This document shows positions 1-7,918 of a stretch of DNA of 17,657 bases, piece after piece. This DNA comes from Chitinivibrionales bacterium (GTDB lineage Bacteria; Fibrobacterota; Chitinivibrionia; Chitinivibrionales; WJKA01). A program made the translations under genes and the position numbers. Every line of letters starts with the position of its first letter. The first letter of the stretch is position 1. The stretch is from the NCBI GenBank assembly GCA_038247415.1, contig JBBRUX010000063.1:1-17657 (forward strand), given 5' to 3'. The notes below the pieces were generated by a model. The model had not been told where the DNA came from, did not search any database, and saw only the letters and a list, made by a program, of their open reading frames with translations.

Positions 1-145
1 CGTCAGGCAGGACTGAAGTGTGATGGATGAACAGCGTGAATCCATCAGTCTGCAAAGACCCAGGTGCAAAGCACCGCAGGGCTTGACAGACCGGCTTGCG
101 AAGCAAGAGCACGTAAGAAGGGCCGGTACCGCAGGTAGGCGCCCA
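1..145 (+). repeat. Structured repeat, long copy C1 (four hairpins; may extend left of the window)
   Basis: Hairpins TGATGGAT(21-28)/ATCCATCA(40-47), GGTGC-AAA-GCACC (63-75), CTTGC-GAA-GCAAG (95-107), TACC-GCA-GGTA (127-137). 113-145 matches 2824-2856 at 31/33. The reverse complement aligns collinearly with the copies starting at 10947 and 12438. Confidence 0.85.
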
Positions 146-259
146 TATTCAGTACTCAAAAAAATATTGGGGATAATTGTACTGTAATGGTTACTCTCGA
201 AAATCTATTTATCTTGTTTTGTAAGTTTTTGTAAGTTTCAAATACTATTTTAAGTTCCT

Positions 260-1594
260 ATGAGTCACGAAACCCTACATGATGTGCATACAGCAACCAT
301 TCTCAAGCCTAAATCTGCCGAAAATGGTGTAGAGTCGCTTTTTGACATTGGTTTCTTTGCAGTAAGAAAATTAAGCCAAGTCACCTATTTCTTCGACGGT
401 AGCGTGCAGGAAATATAGGAAAATCAAGTTATTAAATCTTACGACAACCTCGACGGTGAGGGGATCATAGAAGTAAGTGGTTCCACGTATACTGCCAAGT
501 ATTATATCAAAAATCATTTGGGATCTACTCGCGTTGTCCTGGGCGATGACGGTCAAGTTAAAGAATCTATCCGGTACGATGCTTATGGTGTGCAAACAGC
601 TATTGTTCAAGCGGGGACGGAAAATGCGAGGGAGAAGTTTACGGGGAAGGAATTGGATCGGGAAGGGGCCGTGTCGGGTGTGACAAGTGGGATAGGGCTA
701 GATTATTTCGGGGCGAGGTATTATGATCCGGAGGTGGGGATTTGGACGGGGACGGATCCTGCGGAGCAGTTCTGGAATTCATATAGCTACTGCGGTGGCA
801 ATCCGATCAATTTTACTGACCCAGATGGATTAAAAGTGGATTCCGATGGAGATGGGACACTAGATCCATATGATGTTGATCTTGATAACGATGGGGTGAA
901 TGATTCATATTCTACAGACCATGCGTCAACAGACGGCAAGAGCGTAGAATTAGCCGCAGTGTATATCAAAGCTAGTAGTACTGGAGGGCTTTATGGTGAT
1001 GGCTCCAGTTCCTCTGATCACCAATACGATGATGGAATAAGAAATGTTGGCGGCATATCAATATCTACGCGCAAGACAAGTAATTTCGAGAGAAATACTA
1101 TATCAGAATCAGAAAAGTCTATTCCTGTTACTCGAACAAATTTAGTGGCCCCAAATCCTATAAGTAGTAAGTATGCCGAAGGTAGTGGAACTTCACCTCT
1201 CCTTCAGACTATCCGAGCTACAAGTACGGTCAATGATGCTTTGATGGTGGGTTCTCTCGGCCTTCTCCTCGTTGCTCCTCTTGGTGCAGTAGCTCTTACT
1301 ACTACAGGAATAATTGGGACAGGGTTAGGACTTACTGACGCATATTTAAGTGGTAGTAGGTCGAAAGCATTGCTCACAGGCGTAGAGGCCGTGGCAGGTT
1401 TTGGCGCAGGAAAACTTGCGTTGAAAGCAGGAGGATATGCTGCTCTCAAATTCAATTTCGGAGCAAGTCGATACATTTCAGGCGCGACAGGTCGGTTTGT
1501 TGGGACTGCCGTAGGACGTAGTGCGTTTCAACTTGAAGGTGCTGCTGGAAGTGCTGCCTCAATACCATTTATGCTTTCTCCGGATGACCAATAA
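260..1594 (+). pseudogene. Orphan/truncated Rhs core with C-terminal toxin domain (ORF track 518-1594; frame open back to 419, in-frame TAG at 416-418, ATG at 260)
   Basis: Rhs core motifs YYIKNHLGSTRVV, YDAYG, FTGKELD, LDYFGARYYDPEVG and YSYCGGNPINFTDPDGL (DPxGL at 818-832), then a variable C-terminal domain. The long YD-repeat N-terminus is absent. Confidence 0.85.
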
Positions 1595-1597
1595 ACC

Positions 1598-1789
1598 ATG
1601 AGCAAAGATACCGTCTATCTGATTCTTACTTGCATTCTCGGTATTGTACTCTTGCTTTGGGGATGGAACGGCATTAAGAATCGTGCTGCAATTAAGAATA
1701 GATCGCATTACATATTGTCAATCGGCCAAATGGTTTGCGGCGGAATGATTTTTTTGTACGTTGCGATTAGTTTGATTTTTCCAAGATAG
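1598..1789 (+). CDS. Small two-TM protein (63 aa), candidate cognate immunity protein
   Basis: Starts 3 nt after the Rhs stop codon and has two hydrophobic segments. The position is typical of polymorphic-toxin immunity genes. Confidence 0.65.
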   Translation: MSKDTVYLILTCILGIVLLLWGWNGIKNRAAIKNRSHYILSIGQMVCGGMIFLYVAISLIFPR

Positions 1790-1829
1790 GCAAGAACCCG
1801 CCTGCCGGCAATTTCCTGAAATATTGTAG

Positions 1830-2315
1830 TCGCCGCTGAGTCCGAAAGATCCTTTATTCATTGGCAAATGGCGAGAAAAGAGTTTAACAAAATATCTTTC
1901 TTGTTATGGTGATTTTAATGGTGATGGATATACAGATACAGCCTTGATCATGCAACCTCATACTGGTGCTGGTATTGGCCTGTTTGTTTTGGTCTCCGAT
2001 ACGGTAAATGGCAGACAAGCAATTTGCCTATACAATTCAGAAACTGATAGTGCGAATATTGGAAAAATGAATGCCGCTAAAAGAGAAAAGATTCAGAAAA
2101 TTTATCGAGGTTTTTATGGTATCAGGATTGTGAAAAAAGGCATTTACAAAACAGCATGCGGGAAGGGCTTCTTTGATTGCATACAAGGGGAACCAGAACA
2201 AATCAAGCTCCTTTATCCTGGAATAAATTTTTTTCCATATGACGCTGGCTTCGAAAAATGTTACTATTGGGATTCAAAAGAGAACAAATTTTTAAGTCAA
2301 CAGACTGGTGATTGA
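1830..2315 (+). pseudogene. 5'-truncated hypothetical protein, possible orphan immunity protein (ORF track 1944-2315)
   Basis: Frame is open from 1830 (after TAG 1827-1829) with no ATG/GTG/TTG before 1944. It encodes GDFNGDGYTD upstream of the called TTG, then GIYKTACGKGFFDC..GEP..YYWD. Confidence 0.5.
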
Positions 2316-2511
2316 TTTCTAAAACATTGAAATTAAAATTGAATTATTTACAATAAACAAATAACCACCCATCCCATAACCCGGAATTGAAATCATGAAT
2401 CAAAAGTTTTTTTTAGGTGTTTTATTAGTTGTTGCATTAACCTATGTATCGAGTTTTAAATGAGGTGTTGAAACGGGATTCCCACAGAGCACAGTGATAA
2501 CGATACTTGAT

Positions 2512-2691
2512 TTATGTTCCCGTCGCACTCAGTTTAAATTTCGGCGCTCGACGAACTAATCTCGAACCATGTTTCTTTTGACGGCATTGAATATCTTTTG
2601 CAATATCGTCAATATTATTGCCGAATTTTGCCGCATGTTCATTTCGAGCCTTTCTGACATCCTCAACAATAGGATCCAGGATAATAGCCAT
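2512..2691 (-). CDS. 59-aa protein of the type found directly downstream of PIN-domain genes (putative antitoxin)
   Basis: MAIILDPIVEDVRKARNEHAAKFGNNIDDI resembles the DPIVEEVRxxRxxHAxxF family (recognised from memory). GGAGG RBS at 2697-2701 (minus) supports the ATG at 2691 over the ORF-track start at 2763. Confidence 0.7.
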   Translation of the reverse strand: MAIILDPIVEDVRKARNEHAAKFGNNIDDIAKDIQCRQKKHGSRLVRRAPKFKLSATGT

Positions 2692-2692
2692 G

Positions 2693-2800
2693 TTAGCCTC
2701 CAAAAAGTTCTTCAGGTGTACAAATAATCGGACATTCATACCCACATCGACCGATAACTGCAAAGTTTAGGCGCTTTGGCCTAAACGCTATAATCGTGGC
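2693..2800 (-). pseudogene. 3' remnant of a PIN-domain (VapC-like) toxin gene
   Basis: Manual translation gives ...RPK..AVIGRCGYECPIICTPEELFGG* (TAA at 2693-2695), matching the GYxxPxICTPEEL C-terminus of this PIN family. The rest of the gene is missing. Confidence 0.7.
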
Positions 2801-2856
2801 ACCAAGGGCGAATGCCCGCGCCTGTAAGAAGGGCCGATACCGCAGGTGGGCGCCCA
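2801..2856 (+). repeat. Structured repeat, short copy C2
   Basis: GGGC-GAAT-GCCC (2806-2817). 2824-2856 matches 113-145 at 31/33. 2813-2828 (TGCCCGCGCCTGTAAG) is identical to 12767-12782. Confidence 0.85.
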
Positions 2857-2995
2857 GATGGATTGAAATCAAATTATGACTTTATATGAATTTGTACTAT
2901 TGATTCACTAAACCCCATTTTCTTGCATCTTAAACCTCCTTTTTGTAGCTTCATTGTATCGATGTTAAGCCCTCATTTATTTAAAGGAGGACGGT

Positions 2996-4042
2996 ATGAT
3001 ACTTCGATTCAAATTGTTAATGATGTGCTTATTTGCTGCCTGTCCGCTTTTTGCGCAAAACGAAAGTTTCCAATGGCAAACAAAACATCCAGAGTGGATT
3101 TTTTGTGATGATTTTGAGGATGCCGGCGCATTAGTAAAGACTGGTAGATATTTTGAAATAAATAATAATGCCCAAGGATTTAATGCAGTAGCGAGTGTTG
3201 GGCTTAATGGTACCCGGGGGATGCGAGCTAAATTTGCTACGGGAGAAGTTGATCCTGGTAATTTGTCCTTGAGCTTTGGCAGAAACCCTAATGCCTATAT
3301 GAACAAACAGAAAATCCACGAGACAGTCGATTACAAAGAGATATACGTTCGTATGTATCTTAAAATGCAAACGGGATGGCAGGGGAGTATTGCAAAGCTT
3401 ATGCGAGCAACGGTTTTTTCTAGTGCAACCGACTGGAGCCAGGCAATGATTGCTCATTTGTGGAGTGATGATGCCCTTCATTTAGCTATCGATCCAGCAG
3501 GGTGCGTGGATGCAAGTGGAAAAGTTGCTTGTGTTGATTGGAACGATGCGGCTCATTTGAAATGGCTTGGTTTAAAAAGTGGTACTACTCCCATTTTTGC
3601 AACTACTAATTCTGGAATATGGTTTTGCGTTGAGTTTCATGTGAAGCTTAATGATGCAGGGAAATCTAATGGTATAGAGGAATTTTGGATCAATGGAAAT
3701 CTTGAAACCCGTGCCGTAAATCTTGATTTTGTAGGAACCTATGCAGCGTATGCCCTCAATGCTGTCTTTTTCGAAAACTATTGGAATGCAGGATCTCCCA
3801 GGGCTCAGGAACGCTATTTTGATAATATAGTTGTGTCAACAAAACCTATTGGTGCCTACGTGCCTTCTACAGCAACTCTCTGTCGTACCGAACATAATAA
3901 GGAGAGCAACCTACACAAGAACAATCTAAGCTATTATTCCCTGCTTGGCAAGTTGCTCCCTGCAACAAAAACGAAGCATAACGGAATTGCCATTGCTGTA
4001 AAACACAATAACCTTTCGCAAGGATTTATATGGTATGAGTAA
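2996..4042 (+). CDS. Secreted polysaccharide-lyase-like / concanavalin A-like (LamG-fold) protein with a C-terminal sorting-type tail
   Basis: AGGAGG RBS and signal peptide. Motifs IFCDDFE, EIYVRMYLKM, WFCVEFHVKLN..NG..EFWING and YFDNIVVST..IG. Tail YYSLLGKLL. Confidence 0.65.
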   Translation: MILRFKLLMMCLFAACPLFAQNESFQWQTKHPEWIFCDDFEDAGALVKTGRYFEINNNAQGFNAVASVGLNGTRGMRAKFATGEVDPGNLSLSFGRNPNAYMNKQKIHETVDYKEIYVRMYLKMQTGWQGSIAKLMRATVFSSATDWSQAMIAHLWSDDALHLAIDPAGCVDASGKVACVDWNDAAHLKWLGLKSGTTPIFATTNSGIWFCVEFHVKLNDAGKSNGIEEFWINGNLETRAVNLDFVGTYAAYALNAVFFENYWNAGSPRAQERYFDNIVVSTKPIGAYVPSTATLCRTEHNKESNLHKNNLSYYSLLGKLLPATKTKHNGIAIAVKHNNLSQGFIWYE

Positions 4043-4397
4043 ATATGATGAACATGTGTATTCGACCGATAAAAGCATTAACAATGTATGTAAGCGTTGC
4101 AACAAAATCCAGTTGAGTTGTACGTGCCCCAAAGCAGTACCTTCTGTTGATAGGTCAAAGATCAAGCCGCTTCTCCGTTTTGAAAAAGCTCACAGAGGGG
4201 GCAAAGAGGTTACTATTATCGAAAGGTTGCCTGCCAATAACGATTTTCTTAAGGACTTAGCTCAAAAATTAAAAAAACGATGTGGGTGTGGCGGAACGCA
4301 CAAGATTATAGATCAAGCTGGAAGAATCGAAATTCAAGGTGACAAGCGAGATGCAGTTAAAAAAGAATTACTAACGTTAGGATTTTCATGCAAATAA
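4035..4397 (+). CDS. yciH: Translation initiation factor SUI1/eIF1 family protein
   Basis: VYST..CxxC..CxC, EKAHRGGKEVTII, LKKRCGCGGT, IEIQGD. Confidence 0.92.
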   Translation: MSKYDEHVYSTDKSINNVCKRCNKIQLSCTCPKAVPSVDRSKIKPLLRFEKAHRGGKEVTIIERLPANNDFLKDLAQKLKKRCGCGGTHKIIDQAGRIEIQGDKRDAVKKELLTLGFSCK

Positions 4398-4834
4398 TTA
4401 TTGATGCAGATGCGTGTCCGCGAGCGATCAAAGATGTTTTATACAAGGCCGCCGAAAAAGATGGAATTGCGCTTACGCTTGTGGCTAATACGCATATCCG
4501 CACACCCCCGTCGCCGCTCTTTAAATCGATATGCGTTCCCTCGGGTTTTGACGAAGCCGACGACAAAATCGTAGAGCTTGCTAATACGGGAGATTTAATT
4601 ATTACAGCAGACATTCCCCTGGCCGATCGCGTTGTAAAAAAAGGCGGATTTGCCCTCGATCCTCGTGGGGAGCTTTATACCGAAGAGTCAATTGGTTCAC
4701 GTTTATCGATACGGGATTTTATGCAGGAGTTGCGCGAGGGTGGGGTAGAAACGGGCGGGCCACCCCCTTTAACACTACGCGATAAGCAACTTTTTGCCAA
4801 TGCACTACAAAAGTTTTTGCAGAATCATCGTTAG
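4388..4834 (+). CDS. yaiI: YaiI/YqxD (UPF0178) family protein
   Basis: IIIDADACP, EADDKIV, DLIITADIPLA, DPRGELYT, GGPPP. Confidence 0.93.
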   Translation: MQIIIDADACPRAIKDVLYKAAEKDGIALTLVANTHIRTPPSPLFKSICVPSGFDEADDKIVELANTGDLIITADIPLADRVVKKGGFALDPRGELYTEESIGSRLSIRDFMQELREGGVETGGPPPLTLRDKQLFANALQKFLQNHR

Positions 4835-4906
4835 GCGGGCATTGTTTAAAAAATACGGGCTAAATTTTCAAATGTTTGCCTTCGTGTTTTTTTTATAGGC
4901 TCAGGG

Positions 4907-5408
4907 TTACTTTTTTTGTAAAAAAATTGCCGTGTTTTCCCAGGTGCTTGTGCTGCAATCAGGTGTTCTATTATCTCTGTCAAGAGTTTCTAAAACGCGC
5001 CTCATGCCGTACTCTAAAGAAATTGTGGGCTTGAATGCAGACAGATCACGCATTAGTTTTTGGCCACTATACAAGCAATGATGAGCATAAATATCACGAT
5101 ATATTTCAAAAGGTGCATACTGTTGAGCAATACACAAGATGCCCTACATCTGCAAATGCACGCAGCTCGCTTTCGGCATTCTCTTTGGTAAAACAGATCA
5201 TATCAATGACAGCATCAAACTTTTCGCGTTGCATGGCAGCTTCAAATGCTGCGCGATCCGACCTGTCTCCAACAATAGTTTTTACGCCAACAGGCGATGC
5301 ATGACTTTTTCTGCGATTAAACAGGGTGGCTTCTGCCCATATATTTTGCAACGGTGCTATAAAGCCAGCGCTCATATTACTTGTACCGCCGAGTATGCAA
5401 ACGCGCAT
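4907..5408 (-). pseudogene. Internally deleted NAD-dependent epimerase/dehydratase (extended SDR) pseudogene
   Basis: 5106-5408 encodes a Rossmann N-terminus (ILGGTSNMS, LFNR, IVGDRSD, FDAVIDMICF, YCSTV) that stops early. A different frame (4907-~5105) encodes a typical SDR C-terminus (KLMRDL..FKPTISLEYGMRRV). The catalytic YxxxK middle is absent. Confidence 0.75.
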
Positions 5409-5527
5409 AGGCTCTTTTGGTTATGAGAATTCTTTAATATACAACGTTTGAGTGGCAAGTTCATTGTTTCAAAAATGCAGCGTGGAGTGAGATTTTAAAT
5501 TTATGAGCTACAACCATCACGCCCGAA

Positions 5528-5556
5528 TTGACACGCTAACCCATTGATTGTATTAT
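5528..5556 (+). promoter_or_regulatory. Sigma70-type promoter upstream of the 5597 ORF
   Basis: TTGACA (5528-5533), 17-nt spacer, TATTAT (5551-5556), with an overlapping TATAAT at 5554-5559. Confidence 0.6.
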
Positions 5557-5596
5557 AATAATATTAGTTCTAAAGTATTACTTTAAGTTTGTAAGG

Positions 5597-6829
5597 ATGG
5601 TCGCCATGATCCCAAAGACAGATTCAGATACTAATCGACGTCTGGATGGCTTGACAAGTAGCGTTGATTCCAACCGGTTATATTCGATACTGCTTGATGC
5701 TCGCGCAGCAAGCGTATCGGAAAATATGTACGATATCGCCGAAAAAATTCTTGCAAACGAAAAGGAAAATGCAAAAGCTGCCCTCGAAAAATTGTGGTCG
5801 CTTAAGAAAAACATGCAAACTAATGGCGAGACACAGACGGTCGACCTGCTTATTTCGCATTATCAGAATAAGATTGATGTTTTGCGAGACCGCGAAGAAC
5901 ATATCAAAAAAGTGAGTAAAGAGTCACGTTCGCTTCTGGAGGAAAAAAGACAGAAGGATAGCTCGTTAGCTGCTGTAAAGCTTGAGATCGAAGAGTGCAC
6001 CGGCCAGCTGGAAAAACTCACCGAAACATTGCGTCAGGCACGCGTTCGCGAGCAGGAATTGCAGCTGATAGAAGGCCAGGTTAATAAAGAGCTTATTCTT
6101 AATGAAAACGAAGTGGTAAACGGTCTTTACGAGATTATTATGGCGGCAGCTCCTGCAGAAGAAGATGTACCGGATGCCGCTGCTGAGATCCCTGTACCTG
6201 CGCTTCGCAATCAGGCTCGGGGAGCCAAAGAGTTCGAAAAATCTTCTGAGGTGATTCCCGAAGAAACCTCGGCAATTGCCCCGTTCCAATTTGATGAGGT
6301 TATCGATTCGGCTGAACCGGAATCTGACGAAGATCAGCAGCTGGATGAGATACATGCACTTTACAAACAAATCGAACGTCCCGAAGCCGAACTTTTTCCA
6401 AAGTCTGTGGTTAAAACAACGCGGGGAGTTGTAATAGGCGAGTATTACTATGATAGCACTGCCTATAAAAATAGCCGTCATTATATCTTTAATAGTCTTT
6501 ACTTTATGGAGCAATTAGCATTAGGCGTTCAAATGCTGCGAGAAAAATTTGATCCCGTTTCGTATGCAGAAAAAATTCAAATGATTGCAGATGCTCATAA
6601 GCGCGTTACAACAAATCCATCGCTTCATTTTGAGGTGTCTACCAATGAAATCTTGAATGAAAAAACGCTTAAAGAGCTTTATGGAACGCTTAAATCGAAA
6701 CAATACGACGATGTAATTAGTTTTTGCAACCGGCTTGGTGCAAAGATTCGCGTGTTAGGATCAAATTATCGCATTCTCCTCAAAGAACAAGTCGAACGAT
6801 ATTCGAAAGAATCTATTCCTGGCGCTTAG
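5597..6829 (+). CDS. Hypothetical protein: coiled-coil N-half, acidic linker, globular C-terminal domain
   Basis: 410-aa ORF with an E/K/L/Q heptad-rich region and an upstream promoter. No family recognised. Confidence 0.8.
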   Translation: MVAMIPKTDSDTNRRLDGLTSSVDSNRLYSILLDARAASVSENMYDIAEKILANEKENAKAALEKLWSLKKNMQTNGETQTVDLLISHYQNKIDVLRDREEHIKKVSKESRSLLEEKRQKDSSLAAVKLEIEECTGQLEKLTETLRQARVREQELQLIEGQVNKELILNENEVVNGLYEIIMAAAPAEEDVPDAAAEIPVPALRNQARGAKEFEKSSEVIPEETSAIAPFQFDEVIDSAEPESDEDQQLDEIHALYKQIERPEAELFPKSVVKTTRGVVIGEYYYDSTAYKNSRHYIFNSLYFMEQLALGVQMLREKFDPVSYAEKIQMIADAHKRVTTNPSLHFEVSTNEILNEKTLKELYGTLKSKQYDDVISFCNRLGAKIRVLGSNYRILLKEQVERYSKESIPGA

Positions 6830-6917
6830 TTCTGTTTAGCCCAAGTGTATTTTATAGAATGCGCTTACAAAATGTTCTGTAAGCATATTCTGTAACGTTC
6901 ACCCCAAAGGACGATGT

Positions 6918-7916
6918 GTGTTTTTGAAACTTTGTTTGCTTATCCTTGTCTTAATGGTAGCCCATAGTTTTGCAGCATCTACCGAATCGACAAAAGCTCC
7001 TACAAAAGCTTCGGTACCTAAACCATCAGCAACACGAGCGGTTAAAAAGAGCGAGCAACCAACTGCTCCTCAAGGCGTAAAAACACCAGCCAAACCAGTA
7101 AAACCAACCTTTGCAGTACGCGATATCGAGAATGTTCCTAATCAAAGTGTCTCAGTTAAAAAAGATTCTTCGAGAAGTACCTCGGTAAAATCAGCTCCTG
7201 TGACGTTAGCAATATCTGACTCCGATACGAGCATACAAAAAAAAGCTCTTAAAACCGATTCTATATCACACAACACGCTTGTGTGCGACACTCCTCTAAT
7301 AGATTCATTATCAAAAATAGCAGCAATCGATTCTGCAAAGGTTCCCTCCGATACCTCTTTAACGATTCCCGTGGCTGCAAAGAATGTTGTTTCAAGTTCG
7401 CCTGCACAAAAGCACTTAGAAATCAAGAGCGCACTTAAAAAAGCGCCGCGACCCTTTAACGTTATTGTAAAGATATTATTGTTAGTTGCACTCTGCAGTA
7501 TTCTGGGAGCCATTGTACTGTTTCTTTTGCTTCGTAAACAGCAACCACACTTCATGACCAATACGCGATTGTCAATTATGGATAAAGAAATTCAATTGGC
7601 AGCACGTTATATCGAAACAAATTATGCAGACCAGTCGCTAACTGTTGCTTCTTTGTGCGCATCAATAGTTACCGGGCCAGCTTTTTTAGAGGCACTCTTC
7701 ATGCGCGATCTTGGAATGGGTGTGGAAGATTTTATCGAACAAGTGCGCGTTAATCGTGCAAAGCTTCATCTCGATAAAGACTCCTCACTCTCGGTAGATG
7801 TGCTTGCTTCCCTGTGTGGGTATACAAGTGCCGATTCTCTGTCGCTGGCTTTTGAACATGTTACTTCTGTTACTTTACCATCGTATATCAAAACTATCAA
7901 TGCTCCCCATGCGTAA
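6918..7916 (+). CDS. Membrane-anchored AraC-family HTH protein
   Basis: Signal peptide (..AHSFA), S/T/P/K-rich low-complexity segment, one TM (ILLLVALCSILGAIVLFLLL), then an AraC domain (YIETNYAD, FIEQVRVNRAK..L, LASLCGY..F..VT). Confidence 0.8.
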   Translation: MFLKLCLLILVLMVAHSFAASTESTKAPTKASVPKPSATRAVKKSEQPTAPQGVKTPAKPVKPTFAVRDIENVPNQSVSVKKDSSRSTSVKSAPVTLAISDSDTSIQKKALKTDSISHNTLVCDTPLIDSLSKIAAIDSAKVPSDTSLTIPVAAKNVVSSSPAQKHLEIKSALKKAPRPFNVIVKILLLVALCSILGAIVLFLLLRKQQPHFMTNTRLSIMDKEIQLAARYIETNYADQSLTVASLCASIVTGPAFLEALFMRDLGMGVEDFIEQVRVNRAKLHLDKDSSLSVDVLASLCGYTSADSLSLAFEHVTSVTLPSYIKTINAPHA

Positions 7917-7918
7917 AG

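Noticed and set aside
416..1829. TAG recoding, suggested by two in-frame TAGs interrupting accessory ORFs
   Set aside because: TAG ends conserved genes here (yaiI, prfC, AEC transporter) at their expected lengths, so nonsense decay is simpler.
2765..2786. Hairpin GTTTAGGC-GCTTTG-GCCTAAAC as part of repeat C2
   Set aside because: It only loosely resembles H2 and lies in sequence that still reads as the PIN remnant (RPK), so it cannot be assigned with confidence.
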